Origin: Thermoplasmatota archaeon
GTDB lineage: Archaea; Thermoplasmatota; E2; DHVEG-1; B18-G2
DNA: 61,338 nucleotides
Direction of reading: 5' to 3'
NCBI GenBank assembly: GCA_029259115.1
Contig: JAPDJO010000051.1
Coordinates: 1-61,338, forward strand
Position numbers and translations under genes: made by a program. Below are positions 1 through 9,211 of this stretch, piece by piece (the first letter of the stretch is position 1; the number at the start of each line of letters is the position of its first letter). Below the pieces are notes generated by a model. The model saw nothing but the letters and a program-made list of their open reading frames with translations. It made no database searches and was not told where the DNA came from.

Positions 1-372
1 TGTTATCTTTTCAACCTTTGTATCCAACAGATATTTGATTCCTCTGTCCTGAGCTAACTTGGCCATAAATCTGTCAAATTTTCCTCTGTCTATAGCGAAA
101 GCATGGAGTCTGTCTCCACCTATGCGGTATGTATTTCCTTTTGGGGAATGTATATATGCTCCAAATATCTTATTTTGCACAAAATCCACATCTTCTGGAT
201 TAAGGTTTAACAGCTCTAAGGTTTTCCTTGATATTAAACCGGCACACTCCGCAGGTTCACCTATGACTTTTCTTTTTTCGATGGCTAGGGTTTCTATGTT
301 ATCGACACCCTTTGCAACGGCATTTCCTGCTGCGCCTGCGCCAACGATTATCAGATCGTAACGCTCTCTCAC
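1..372 (-). CDS. Geranylgeranyl reductase-family FAD-dependent oxidoreductase, N-terminal part (runs off window start)
   Basis: Not in ORF track. Minus-strand translation from GTG at 372: MRERYDLIIVGAGAAGNAVAKGVDNIETLAIEKRKVIGEPAECAGLISRK, with a GxGxxG Rossmann motif and GGR-type CAG motif; frame open to position 1. Confidence 0.8.
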   Translation of the reverse strand, partial: MRERYDLIIVGAGAAGNAVAKGVDNIETLAIEKRKVIGEPAECAGLISRKTLELLNLNPEDVDFVQNKIFGAYIHSPKGNTYRIGGDRLHAFAIDRGKFDRFMAKLAQDRGIKYLLDTKVEKIT

Positions 373-415
373 TAGGTTTAAGTAATGCAGAAAGATTTAT
401 AACCGAAGCGGTAGG

Positions 416-667
416 ATGAGAAGTAGAAATACCGATAATCTGTTGTGTAGGTTCGTAACCGATGGAAGCGGAAACAAGATAGGGGAGAGTGTAGCTATAG
501 ATAAAGATGTTCTTATCATAAAGATGGGTAAAGAATTCATAGGGGTACCCCTGAAACATGTGGAAGATCTTGGAGATTATCTAAAAGTTAGAGGTTTGTT
601 AAGCATAGATAAAGCTAGAGAGATGGGAAAGAGATGGGAGGGGAAGTATGCGAAGAGAAAAAGATGA
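416..667 (+). CDS. Small PRC-barrel-like hypothetical protein (DUF5749-like)
   Basis: 83 aa; pattern RFVTDGSGNKIGESV...LIIK...FIGVPL resembles PRC-type beta barrels; overlaps the pth start. Confidence 0.55.
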   Translation: MRSRNTDNLLCRFVTDGSGNKIGESVAIDKDVLIIKMGKEFIGVPLKHVEDLGDYLKVRGLLSIDKAREMGKRWEGKYAKRKR

Positions 668-1016
668 TTATAAGATGGTTATCGTTGTCAGGGATGATCT
701 TAAGCTTTCTCCGGGAAAATTACCTGTGCAGGTTTCGCATGCTGCTGTAGAGTGCTCCCTTCTATCTAAAAGAAAAAAACCAGGATGGTTCAGGAAATGG
801 AGGGACCAAGGAGCAAAGAAAGTTGTTGTTAAAGTTAATGATCTTGATGATTTGCATAAGTTAAAAGATGAAGCAGAGGATCTAAAGCTTGTTGCAGAAA
901 TCATAAAAGATGCTGGTCTGACAGAGATTCCTCCTGGAACGGAAACAGTATTAGGCATAGGTCCAGCACCTTCGAGTGTGATCGATAGGATTACGGGCGA
1001 TTTACCTCTGCTTTGA
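648..1016 (+). CDS. pth: Peptidyl-tRNA hydrolase Pth2
   Basis: KMVIVVRDDL, GKxxxQxxHAA, KKVVVK, DAGLTEIPPGTETVLGIGPA, ITGDLPLL. Confidence 0.95.
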   Translation: MRREKDDYKMVIVVRDDLKLSPGKLPVQVSHAAVECSLLSKRKKPGWFRKWRDQGAKKVVVKVNDLDDLHKLKDEAEDLKLVAEIIKDAGLTEIPPGTETVLGIGPAPSSVIDRITGDLPLL

Positions 1017-1060
1017 TTTTGGGGTAAAGATTTTTACTGTGATCTTCCTATACCTCTTTC

Positions 1061-1636
1061 GTGATAAAAAAACAGGTACGCATTCTCGGAATAGATGATG
1101 GTCCCTTTCGTTTTGATCAGAAGAAAACGTTAGTTATTGGCGTTGTGCTGAGAGGTAATGGGTATTTAGAAGGTGTATTGAAAAGAGAGATAGAGGTAGA
1201 TGGTAAAGATTCAACTGGTGTGATTCTAGATATGATAAAGAAAACTAGACATAGAGATCAGATCAGAGTGATAATGCTGGATGGAATAGCTCTTGGTGGA
1301 TTCAATATAGTAGACATCGATAGACTGTATAAAGAATGCGAGATTCCTGTAATAACGATAACTAGAGAAAAGCCTGATTTTGATATGATACTGAAAACCC
1401 TTCAGATGAAGTTCTCCGACTGGGAGGAAAGGTGGAAGATGTTTAAAGACAACAAGATTTACGAGATTGAAACACCCCATAATCCTATATACATATCCTG
1501 CAAGGGCGTATCAGTGGAGGAAGCGAAAGAGATAATAAAGATATCAACTATACGAGGAGCAATTCCTGAGCCGATAAGGGTTGCTCACATCATAGCCTCT
1601 GGAGTAGTTAGAGGTGAATCCTATGGAAAAGCCTAA
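1061..1636 (+). CDS. DUF99/UPF0215 family protein (endonuclease V-like fold)
   Basis: RILGIDDGPF, LDGIALGGFNIVD, IPEPIRVAHIIASG. Confidence 0.9.
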   Translation: MIKKQVRILGIDDGPFRFDQKKTLVIGVVLRGNGYLEGVLKREIEVDGKDSTGVILDMIKKTRHRDQIRVIMLDGIALGGFNIVDIDRLYKECEIPVITITREKPDFDMILKTLQMKFSDWEERWKMFKDNKIYEIETPHNPIYISCKGVSVEEAKEIIKISTIRGAIPEPIRVAHIIASGVVRGESYGKA

Positions 1637-1805
1637 AGCAAAAGTAGATGAAAGTAAATGTCTAGGTTGTTCCGGTTGTGTAGCTATATGCCCAGAGGAG
1701 GCTATTGATTTTTATGACAAGGCTTTTGTGATTAGAGAGAGATGTATATCATGCTACCTTTGCATAAACTATTGTCCTGCAGGAGCTATTTCTGAGGAGG
1801 ATTAG
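1623..1805 (+). CDS. 2x[4Fe-4S] ferredoxin
   Basis: Two CxxCxxCxxxCP motifs (CLGCSGCVAICP; CISCYLCINYCP); lies directly upstream of GGR. Confidence 0.93.
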   Translation: MEKPKAKVDESKCLGCSGCVAICPEEAIDFYDKAFVIRERCISCYLCINYCPAGAISEED

Positions 1806-1806
1806 T

Positions 1807-2994
1807 ATGAAGAGGTTTGATTATGATGTTGTTGTAGTTGGAGGTGGGCCAGCGGGCCTAGTAACATCTATGTACATATCTGAAAAAGGCTTCTCTGTAG
1901 CTGTGCTTGAGAGGGATAAAGAGATAGGCGTTCCTGTCCTATGTGGAGAAGGGATAAGCAAGAAGGTTGATGATCTTGGAATAATTGATAGAGGAAGGTG
2001 GATAGAGAATGAAGTTGTAGGGGCTAGGATCTTTTCTCCAAACGGAACTACGGTTAAGTTATCAGCAGAACATGCTGGTGGCGAGACCGGATATATCATC
2101 GATAGGGAGATTTTTGATAAAGAGTTGGCTAGACTTTCGGCAAAGAAGGGAACAGATATATTTCTGAGGTGTAACGCAAAACAAGGCATCTTTGAAAACG
2201 GAAAGTTGGTTGGAGTAAAAGCGGATTTGGGTGGTGAAGAGGTTGAGTTTTTTGCAAAGGTTATAGTTGGGGCTGATGGTGTAGAGTCTAGAGTTGGAAG
2301 GTGGGTTGGGATAGATACAAGGCTCAAACCAAAAGATATAGTTTCCTGTTTTGAGTATACTCTGTCAGGAATAGAGTGTAATAGAGAATATAGTGACTTT
2401 TATGTAGGTAAAAGTCTAGCGCCAGGCGGATACATATGGATATTCCCAAAAAGTGATGATGTTGCAAATGTTGGTATAGGTGTTTTGGGAAGTTACAGTA
2501 AGCCTGGATTAGCCAAAGAACTTCTAGACAGATTTATAGAGAGTAAAGAGGAACTAAGAAAAGGTAAAGCGATCAGAGTTCTAACTGGTGCTGTCCCGGT
2601 AGCGAAACCAATAGAAAGTTTGAGAGATAACGTTATCTTGGTTGGAGATGCAGCAAGACATACGGATCCTTTGACTGGTGGGGGCATAATGCATGCTCTT
2701 ATAGGGGGAAGAATAGCAGGAGAAACCATAGCAGAGAGTTTAGAATCTAACGATGTTTCTATATTGAAGAAATACGAGGAGAGGTGGAAAGAAAAATTGG
2801 AAAAGAAGCTCAAAAGAAATTACATGATGAAGGAAATTGCATCGACCTTCGATGACAAAACTTTTGATATGCTTGCCGATTCTGTGAAAGATATAAACTT
2901 CGATGAGTTTAGTACGTATGGTCTCATAAAGGCTTTAGTTACAAAGCATCCATCTTTACTGATAAAGTTAAAACCTTTGTTGGGTTTAAGGTAA
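1807..2994 (+). CDS. Digeranylgeranylglycerophospholipid reductase (GGR family)
   Basis: YDVVVVGGGPAG, PVLCGEG, GADGVES, APGGYIWIFPK, LVGDAARHTDPLTGGGI. Confidence 0.92.
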   Translation: MKRFDYDVVVVGGGPAGLVTSMYISEKGFSVAVLERDKEIGVPVLCGEGISKKVDDLGIIDRGRWIENEVVGARIFSPNGTTVKLSAEHAGGETGYIIDREIFDKELARLSAKKGTDIFLRCNAKQGIFENGKLVGVKADLGGEEVEFFAKVIVGADGVESRVGRWVGIDTRLKPKDIVSCFEYTLSGIECNREYSDFYVGKSLAPGGYIWIFPKSDDVANVGIGVLGSYSKPGLAKELLDRFIESKEELRKGKAIRVLTGAVPVAKPIESLRDNVILVGDAARHTDPLTGGGIMHALIGGRIAGETIAESLESNDVSILKKYEERWKEKLEKKLKRNYMMKEIASTFDDKTFDMLADSVKDINFDEFSTYGLIKALVTKHPSLLIKLKPLLGLR

Positions 2995-2998
2995 TTGG

Positions 2999-3811
2999 AT
3001 GATATGGGGTTTGATAGTTAAACCGAATGATAAGAGGACAGAGAAACTAGCAAGAGAAATATTAGAGCTATTGAAAGACAGTGGAGAGGTTTACATAGAG
3101 AAGGGTTTTGCAAAAGTTCTAGGTGAGGAAGGTTTTTCGAGGGAAGATTTGAATAGAAAATGCGATATAATTGTTACAGTTGGTGGCGATGGTACCATAC
3201 TCTATGCTTTAGAGAGGGTAGAGAAACCTATATTTGCAATAAACTGTAGCGCGATGGGTTTTTTGACGGAAGTTGATGCGAAGTTTGCGAAAAGCGGAAT
3301 AGAGAAGATCTTGAAAGGAGATTATAATATTGAAGAAAGAGCTAGACTAAAGGTTTTCTTGAACAAAAAAAGACTAGAAGATGCTTCAAACGAGATAACC
3401 GTTCAGACAGCAAATGTTGCAAAGATAATAGAGTTTTCTGTATCAGTTGATGGGGAGCTTATAGATAAAGTAAAAGCAGATGGAATAATAATAGCCACCC
3501 CAACCGGAGCAACTGGATATGCCCTAAGTGTGGGTGGCCCCATAGTTGATCCTAGCGTAAACGCAGCGATAATTGCTCCAATTGCTCCTTTCAAGTTATC
3601 ATCTAGGCCTTGGATAGTTCCAATAGATAAAAAGATATGTATAGATCTTTTGGAGAGTAGCAAAAGAGCTAAACTTGTTATCGATGGTAGAAACTCATAT
3701 GATGTCAAACCTGGAGAGAGGGTATGTGTTACTTTGTCTGAAAAGAAGTCTAGATTTGTGAGATTTGGAGAATCTTTCTATCAAACTGTGAGGTTAAAAC
3801 TGGTAAGATGA
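2999..3811 (+). CDS. nadK: NAD(+) kinase
   Basis: GGDGTIL, GFLTE, NE motif, ADGIIIATPTGxTxYALSxGGP. Confidence 0.93.
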   Translation: MIWGLIVKPNDKRTEKLAREILELLKDSGEVYIEKGFAKVLGEEGFSREDLNRKCDIIVTVGGDGTILYALERVEKPIFAINCSAMGFLTEVDAKFAKSGIEKILKGDYNIEERARLKVFLNKKRLEDASNEITVQTANVAKIIEFSVSVDGELIDKVKADGIIIATPTGATGYALSVGGPIVDPSVNAAIIAPIAPFKLSSRPWIVPIDKKICIDLLESSKRAKLVIDGRNSYDVKPGERVCVTLSEKKSRFVRFGESFYQTVRLKLVR

Positions 3812-4179
3812 GAAAGTGGAAAATAGATAGAGAATGTCTAGATACGATTCTTGAGAGTTCTAAATCTATGCATCCGAGAGAATTTGCTGGTTTTCTAAGA
3901 GCTGATGGAGATGTCATAAGAGAGGTTCTCCTTCTGCCTGGCATGATACATGGGGATAGGCATGCCATGTTCAATCTAGCGATGCTTCCCATAGATTATT
4001 CTATAGTTGGAACCGTGCATAGCCATCCATCTTTATCAAATAAACCTTCCAAGGAGGATTTGCAGATGTTTTTCAAATATGGTAAAGTACATATCATAGT
4101 TGCTATGCCTTATAATGAGAAATCGTGGAAAGCCTATGACTGGAATGGTAGAGAGATAGAGGTTGAGATTATTGAATAG
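3808..4179 (+). CDS. JAMM/MPN+ (Mov34) metalloisopeptidase-family protein
   Basis: PREF glutamate plus HSHPS-x4-PSxxD zinc motif; ATGA overlap with nadK. Confidence 0.9.
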   Translation: MRKWKIDRECLDTILESSKSMHPREFAGFLRADGDVIREVLLLPGMIHGDRHAMFNLAMLPIDYSIVGTVHSHPSLSNKPSKEDLQMFFKYGKVHIIVAMPYNEKSWKAYDWNGREIEVEIIE

Positions 4180-4208
4180 ATTTTAATTCTTGTATTTCTT
4201 AACGAAAA

Positions 4209-5246
4209 ATGATGGACCTCTCAATAATAGATACATTTATCATAGCCCCTCTAGCTCCGCTTGCTGGAATTGTGCTTTTCTGGTTTATCCAGCTATTGTT
4301 TGCAGAAAGTCTAAAGGTTTTGCTGAGAGAAATCTGGGAAAACCATAAAGCCTTCTGTAGATTCTCAAACTTTATTGCTCTCTTCTTCCAGTCCCTGTCT
4401 CATGCACTTGGATACACATTAACAGGGATAGGTGTAGGAGAGTTTTCTTTAAGTGTAAAAGATGCAAAGGTCTCTCCCAAGAAAGAGAAAAAGGGTTTGC
4501 CTAAGTTCCTTGCTAATCTTTTTCTGGTTTTGGGTCCTTTTTTCATCCCTCCTTTGATTGTTTTTCTCATCTACTTACCTTTCTTCCCGGGTTTTACTCT
4601 ACAGGAATGCTACACATTCTCAACCTCTCTTATATCGTTTGGCTCATTACTTCGGCAGTTTGGTATTAATTTCTTAAAATTCCTATTTTATCTCGATCTT
4701 TCTAACCCATTCCATATCATCTTTCTAATCATCTTTCTCCTAGTTGGATTGGGTATAAGGCCTAGCTTCATAGAGGAAGAAGAAAAGAGGGTTGGTATGG
4801 TTGATGATCTTCTGAGGGTAAAAGATCTTATTTTTTCTCATCCATACTTTGTTATAGCGCTCCTAGTTTCTCTGTACATCGTCTTTTACGTTCTTTACTT
4901 CCTTAATCTACCATTTTATGTTTTGATATTCTCGTTTTTTGGCTGGTTATCGATAATATCAATAACTTCTCTTCTTTTAGCACATTTCATTGTGTTTCTA
5001 GTTTTGGCAAGTGATAGGCTTCCTTCCTTCAAGAGATTCTTGCCTTTTTCTCTCCTCATCATATCCTATACACTTTACAGATTTATCTTTTATCTCACCA
5101 AGAGTGATTTGGCTCTTCCATTGTCTAACATTCTCAGCCTTGCTACAACCTTTGTAGTAGTTTTTCTAGTATTGAGGTTTGAGACCAATAAGCTTAAAAT
5201 GGAGAAAGAGATGGTCGAAGCTGAGGAAAGAGAAGATGAAGATTGA
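4209..5246 (+). CDS. Multi-pass membrane protein with degenerate peptidase M50-like motif
   Basis: About 8-9 hydrophobic segments; FFQSLSHALGYTLTG where M50-like proteins have HExxH; later GPFF and RPS segments. Confidence 0.6.
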   Translation: MMDLSIIDTFIIAPLAPLAGIVLFWFIQLLFAESLKVLLREIWENHKAFCRFSNFIALFFQSLSHALGYTLTGIGVGEFSLSVKDAKVSPKKEKKGLPKFLANLFLVLGPFFIPPLIVFLIYLPFFPGFTLQECYTFSTSLISFGSLLRQFGINFLKFLFYLDLSNPFHIIFLIIFLLVGLGIRPSFIEEEEKRVGMVDDLLRVKDLIFSHPYFVIALLVSLYIVFYVLYFLNLPFYVLIFSFFGWLSIISITSLLLAHFIVFLVLASDRLPSFKRFLPFSLLIISYTLYRFIFYLTKSDLALPLSNILSLATTFVVVFLVLRFETNKLKMEKEMVEAEEREDED

Positions 5247-6108
5247 AGAGGATCTGCTCAAAGGAGAAAAGATAGAGAAGGTTTTAACTCCTCATCCTCT
5301 CTCATTCATGGGTCTTCAATCAATATGGTTCTTCTTATTGGTCTTTGGTATAATCCTTTGGTGGTCAGCAAACTATTCTCAATACTCAAGTTATTTTAGC
5401 TCATGGATTGTTGTTCTATCCTTATGGTGGGTTGGCTTAATCTTGGCTGGGATTGTTGCATCTCTTGTTTCGATAAGATGGAGATTCTTTTTCCTCTATG
5501 TTTTTGTAGCATCCTTAGGAACCTTTATGGCATGGAAGTTTAATTGGTTAAAGGATGGAGCATCTACAAGTTTCTTTATCCTAATTTACTCTATCTGCGT
5601 ATCTGCTATCATATTTCTAGGAGTTTATGTTTTTGTAAAATCCCACAGATACATACTAACTGATTACAGAATCATATTTAAGGGAGGTGTTCTAAGGAAA
5701 AGAGAGAGGACACTAAGATATGATAAAGTTACGGATGTTGATGGCACTCAAGGCATACTTGGCCAGATTTTTGATTTCGGCACCATAATACCTATAACTC
5801 AATCTGGCTTTGGTCTCGGATCTGATCAGACGTTTGCGGCAGGCGGAGTCGAAGCTAAAGGAAAAAGACTAGGGATATTTGGTCTGGCTGGTGGAGCAAA
5901 AGAGGTAAAGACTCCAAGAGCTAGAACATATTATGAGTTGCATGGAGTTTATCCATATAGAGAGGTAAGGAAGCTCTTGGAGGAATTGATACAGGGACAT
6001 GTCATTACTCCCTATCAGAAGGAACAGGTTGAGTTGCAGAGAGAACAGCTAGAGTTACAGAGAGAAATGAAGGAGCTTTTGGAGAGACAGAAGGAGCTGA
6101 AGGATTAG
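5236..6108 (+). CDS. Membrane protein with bacterial PH (bPH_2) domain
   Basis: Four TM segments, then RYILTDYRII..GVL..ERTLRYDKVTDV..QGILGQIFDFGTI; C-terminal coiled coil. Start moved to ATG 5236. Confidence 0.8.
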   Translation: MKIEEDLLKGEKIEKVLTPHPLSFMGLQSIWFFLLVFGIILWWSANYSQYSSYFSSWIVVLSLWWVGLILAGIVASLVSIRWRFFFLYVFVASLGTFMAWKFNWLKDGASTSFFILIYSICVSAIIFLGVYVFVKSHRYILTDYRIIFKGGVLRKRERTLRYDKVTDVDGTQGILGQIFDFGTIIPITQSGFGLGSDQTFAAGGVEAKGKRLGIFGLAGGAKEVKTPRARTYYELHGVYPYREVRKLLEELIQGHVITPYQKEQVELQREQLELQREMKELLERQKELKD

Positions 6109-6143
6109 GTTTAAAATCTAAAACTATATAGGGGGGTTGGCAA

Positions 6144-6692
6144 ATGATACCAAAGGCTGTCTTCTTGACCAGAGGAATGGGAGTGCACAAGGATAGATTA
6201 CAATCTTTTGAGCTGGCACTGAGAGATGCAGGTATTGGAATGTGTAATCTCGTGAAGGTTTCTAGCATCTTACCACCGAACTGCAAGATAATATCCAGAA
6301 GTAAAGGGGTAAAGCTTCTGAGGCCTGGAGAAATAACGTACTGTGTTCTCTCCAAAAATGAAACCAATGAACCCTATCGTAAGATATCTGCATCTATTGG
6401 CTTAGCTATACCTAAGGATAAAAATGCTTATGGTTACATTTCTGAGTACCATAGCTTTGGAGAAAGTCATAGAGAAGCTGGAGATTATGCTGAAGATCTA
6501 GCAGCGACTATGCTTGCTACTACGTTAGGCATAGATTTTGATCCTGATAAAGCATGGGATGAAAGAAAGCAACTCTTCAGAATGAGTGGAAAGATAGTAA
6601 AGACCAGGAGCATAACCCAGACTGCGATTGGAGACAAAGATGGAAGATGGACTACAGTAATAGCTGCTGCTGTATTTGTGGAGGATTTGTAG
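6144..6692 (+). CDS. pdaD: Pyruvoyl-dependent arginine decarboxylase
   Basis: SFELALRDAGI, NLVKVSSILPP (Ser-Ser autocleavage site), GYISEYH. Confidence 0.93.
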   Translation: MIPKAVFLTRGMGVHKDRLQSFELALRDAGIGMCNLVKVSSILPPNCKIISRSKGVKLLRPGEITYCVLSKNETNEPYRKISASIGLAIPKDKNAYGYISEYHSFGESHREAGDYAEDLAATMLATTLGIDFDPDKAWDERKQLFRMSGKIVKTRSITQTAIGDKDGRWTTVIAAAVFVEDL

Positions 6693-6697
6693 CGCGC

Positions 6698-7615
6698 ATG
6701 GAAGACGAAGGTATTGCTAGAAGATATCTGTACCTTGATTTTCCTCTGGATTGGAATCTAAAACTTAATTTCTCTGTCTTGCCTGAAAGACCGACCCCGT
6801 GTATAATCAATAGGCAAAAGGAGTGGATGAGACTTCTTGATTTAGAGGGGGAGACTGTACCAGTGATAGTCAAATCTGCTGGTAATATAGAAAATCCTAG
6901 ACTTCTCGTCGAGATACCTAAGGAGATGGAGAAGAATTGGAAAAGGATTGAAAGAGTTATCTTGGATATTCATGGACTGAGAGATGTTAGCGATCTTTAT
7001 GAATTTATGGAGAGAGATAGCGTATTGAGGGGTATCAAAGAGAAATTGTATGGTTTTGGTGGAGCTGGACTTATGGCTGTTAGTGTATATGAAGGTGTGG
7101 TCAAATCCATTATTCAACAACAGATCTCTCTGAAGGTAGCTGAGAATATAACAGCAAATGTTGTGGAAAGATACGGTAACAGGGTTAAATTTCTCGGCAA
7201 TACTATCTATGGATTTCCCAATCCCGAGGTTTTATCCAAACTAGATATTTTGGACTTGAGAAAATGTGGATTAAGCACAAGAAAATCCGAATACATAAAA
7301 GAATTGAGTATCGAAGTATGCAAAGGTTTTGACCTAGAGGATCTCAGAAATAAAGAGAATGATGAGATTATCGAAGTTTTAACTTCATTTAGAGGAGTTG
7401 GAAAGTGGAGTGCTGAATTGGTTATGGTTGCTACGATTGGAAGAAATGTTATTCCAGCTGATGATCTCGGTGTTAGGAAAGCTATTTCTTATTTTTATTT
7501 TGATAACGAATTACAACCTCCTGAAAGGATAAGAAATTTTGCTGAAAGGAAGTTTGGGAGATTTTTGAGAGATTGCTTGGTTTATCTTTTGATGGCTTAC
7601 CGCATGAATATTTGA
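6698..7615 (+). CDS. alkA: DNA-3-methyladenine glycosylase II (AlkA/HhH-GPD family)
   Basis: SIIQQQIS, FPNPE, GLSTRKSEYI, HhH FRGVGKWSAE, PADDLGVRKA. Start moved to ATG 6698. Confidence 0.88.
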   Translation: MEDEGIARRYLYLDFPLDWNLKLNFSVLPERPTPCIINRQKEWMRLLDLEGETVPVIVKSAGNIENPRLLVEIPKEMEKNWKRIERVILDIHGLRDVSDLYEFMERDSVLRGIKEKLYGFGGAGLMAVSVYEGVVKSIIQQQISLKVAENITANVVERYGNRVKFLGNTIYGFPNPEVLSKLDILDLRKCGLSTRKSEYIKELSIEVCKGFDLEDLRNKENDEIIEVLTSFRGVGKWSAELVMVATIGRNVIPADDLGVRKAISYFYFDNELQPPERIRNFAERKFGRFLRDCLVYLLMAYRMNI

Positions 7616-7757
7616 TTTTTCTTTGAGGATGTATTGAAGAATTGCTATAGAATATTATGACTATACACTTTGCTTTTGCTTTTACTTGCTTCTCCTCTAT
7701 CTCATCAATGCAGTTACATTTATATATAAATTTTCCAATTCAAATCGGGGTATAGAC

Positions 7758-9113
7758 ATGAGGGTACTTGCTATACTATCTGTGTGCTTCTTGCTCTTGG
7801 GTTGTATATCCCAAGTGGCGTCAGCCGCAGGGCATTATGTAGACAAGATAAATCGTCAGGGGAGTAGTAACTCTACATCTAATAGTATTGGTAGAAATTA
7901 CAGAGCTGTAATTATCGGAATTTCTGATTATCCTGGAACTCAAAACGATTTATCAACACCTGTTAAAAGTGCATTGGCTATAAAGAGTTGTCTAGAAAGG
8001 GGAAGTAGTTATTATACTGTAAAACTTTTAACTGATGGTTCGGCAACTCTAAGCAACGTGAGAAATGCCCTAGATTGGCTCAAAAGTAAGGCGGATGAAA
8101 ATGATATATCCTTTGTGTACTACTGTGGCCACGGGTCTCAAGTGGAAACAAAGAATCGCCGACAAGAAGGAGACAGTATGGACGAGTGTCTATTCCTATA
8201 CGATGATATAATGCGAGATGATGAGTTTGTAGAGAGGTTGCTAGATATAAAAGGCATAGTGTTTGTCATCCTTGATTGTTGCAAGAGTGCAGGTTTTCAA
8301 GATGATCTGGAATACAGATATGATAAAGATAAGGGACTTTGGGAAGAAACAAAGGTATTCATGGTAACCGCGTTTACTGAAAATCAACTTCATTATGAAA
8401 TACCAGTACTTGGATACGGTCTGCTTTCTTTCCACATAATCGGCACGATGTCTCAAGATCCCGATAATGATGGATCCATAACAATAGATGAGATATATAT
8501 GCTAGCAGGAGAGAATTTTAAAAGAGCGAAGGAAGTTTTTGGTATCAGTTACGAAGGTGAAGTTAATATATACCCCCGCAGGGGGACGAATCACTATTAT
8601 GATTACATGGATACTCCCATAATCAAAGGCTTCAGAAATAAAAGTCCTTGGTTATCAGATCTTTCCATAAGCACCCGTCGTGGAAAATGTGAGTTAGACC
8701 TGAGAATGATTGATCTCGACAAGAACAAAATGAAAATATTCGTGTATTGGGGAGATGGAGAAGGGGAATGGTATGGCCCCTACAGAAGTTACGAGGATGT
8801 TTCCATATCTCATTACTACGATAGGTATGACGATTACAAGATAGGGATTGTCATAAGGGATTCGCATGGAGCAATAAGTATGTGGGAGATCAAGGAGGTC
8901 TCTATTGATAATAAGGATATTACTAAAAATGCAACTGTTAATCCAATAAAAAATGTTCACTCCGAAGAGAAGAAGCATCATAACTCCGTTAAACCGAGAT
9001 TTCATAGAAGAGTGGAAATTTTTAGGCATGGCTCTCTACTACGTTTGATAAAGAATAGACATATCGATATTATCTCTGACATACGGAAATGGATTGATAG
9101 AAACCGATGGTAA
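7758..9113 (+). CDS. Secreted caspase-family (peptidase C14B, metacaspase-like) protein with C-terminal PKD-like domain
   Basis: Signal peptide MRVLAILSVCFLLLGCISQVASA; AVIIGISDY; His motif YYCGHG; Cys motif ILDCCKS; DPDNDGSITIDE Ca-loop; VYWGDG...SHYY PKD-like module. Confidence 0.85.
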   Translation: MRVLAILSVCFLLLGCISQVASAAGHYVDKINRQGSSNSTSNSIGRNYRAVIIGISDYPGTQNDLSTPVKSALAIKSCLERGSSYYTVKLLTDGSATLSNVRNALDWLKSKADENDISFVYYCGHGSQVETKNRRQEGDSMDECLFLYDDIMRDDEFVERLLDIKGIVFVILDCCKSAGFQDDLEYRYDKDKGLWEETKVFMVTAFTENQLHYEIPVLGYGLLSFHIIGTMSQDPDNDGSITIDEIYMLAGENFKRAKEVFGISYEGEVNIYPRRGTNHYYDYMDTPIIKGFRNKSPWLSDLSISTRRGKCELDLRMIDLDKNKMKIFVYWGDGEGEWYGPYRSYEDVSISHYYDRYDDYKIGIVIRDSHGAISMWEIKEVSIDNKDITKNATVNPIKNVHSEEKKHHNSVKPRFHRRVEIFRHGSLLRLIKNRHIDIISDIRKWIDRNRW

Positions 9114-9211
9114 AGCTTTTCTCCTCTCATCTTTTTTGTGATGATTCCAGCAACATTTTAATATAACCTGTTTTATCTGGGTTGTCTAAGCGATGTGGAA
9201 GGGGGTTTAAC

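Noticed and set aside
3808-4179. JAMM gene as part of a CBASS/Bil-type ubiquitin-like defence system
   Set aside because: No cyclase, E2 or effector nearby; it sits in a housekeeping operon 28 kb from the E1/SAMP pair.
7758-9113. Caspase as an abortive-infection or gasdermin/CRISPR-associated effector
   Set aside because: It has a signal peptide and PKD module, with no sensor domain or neighbouring substrate gene.
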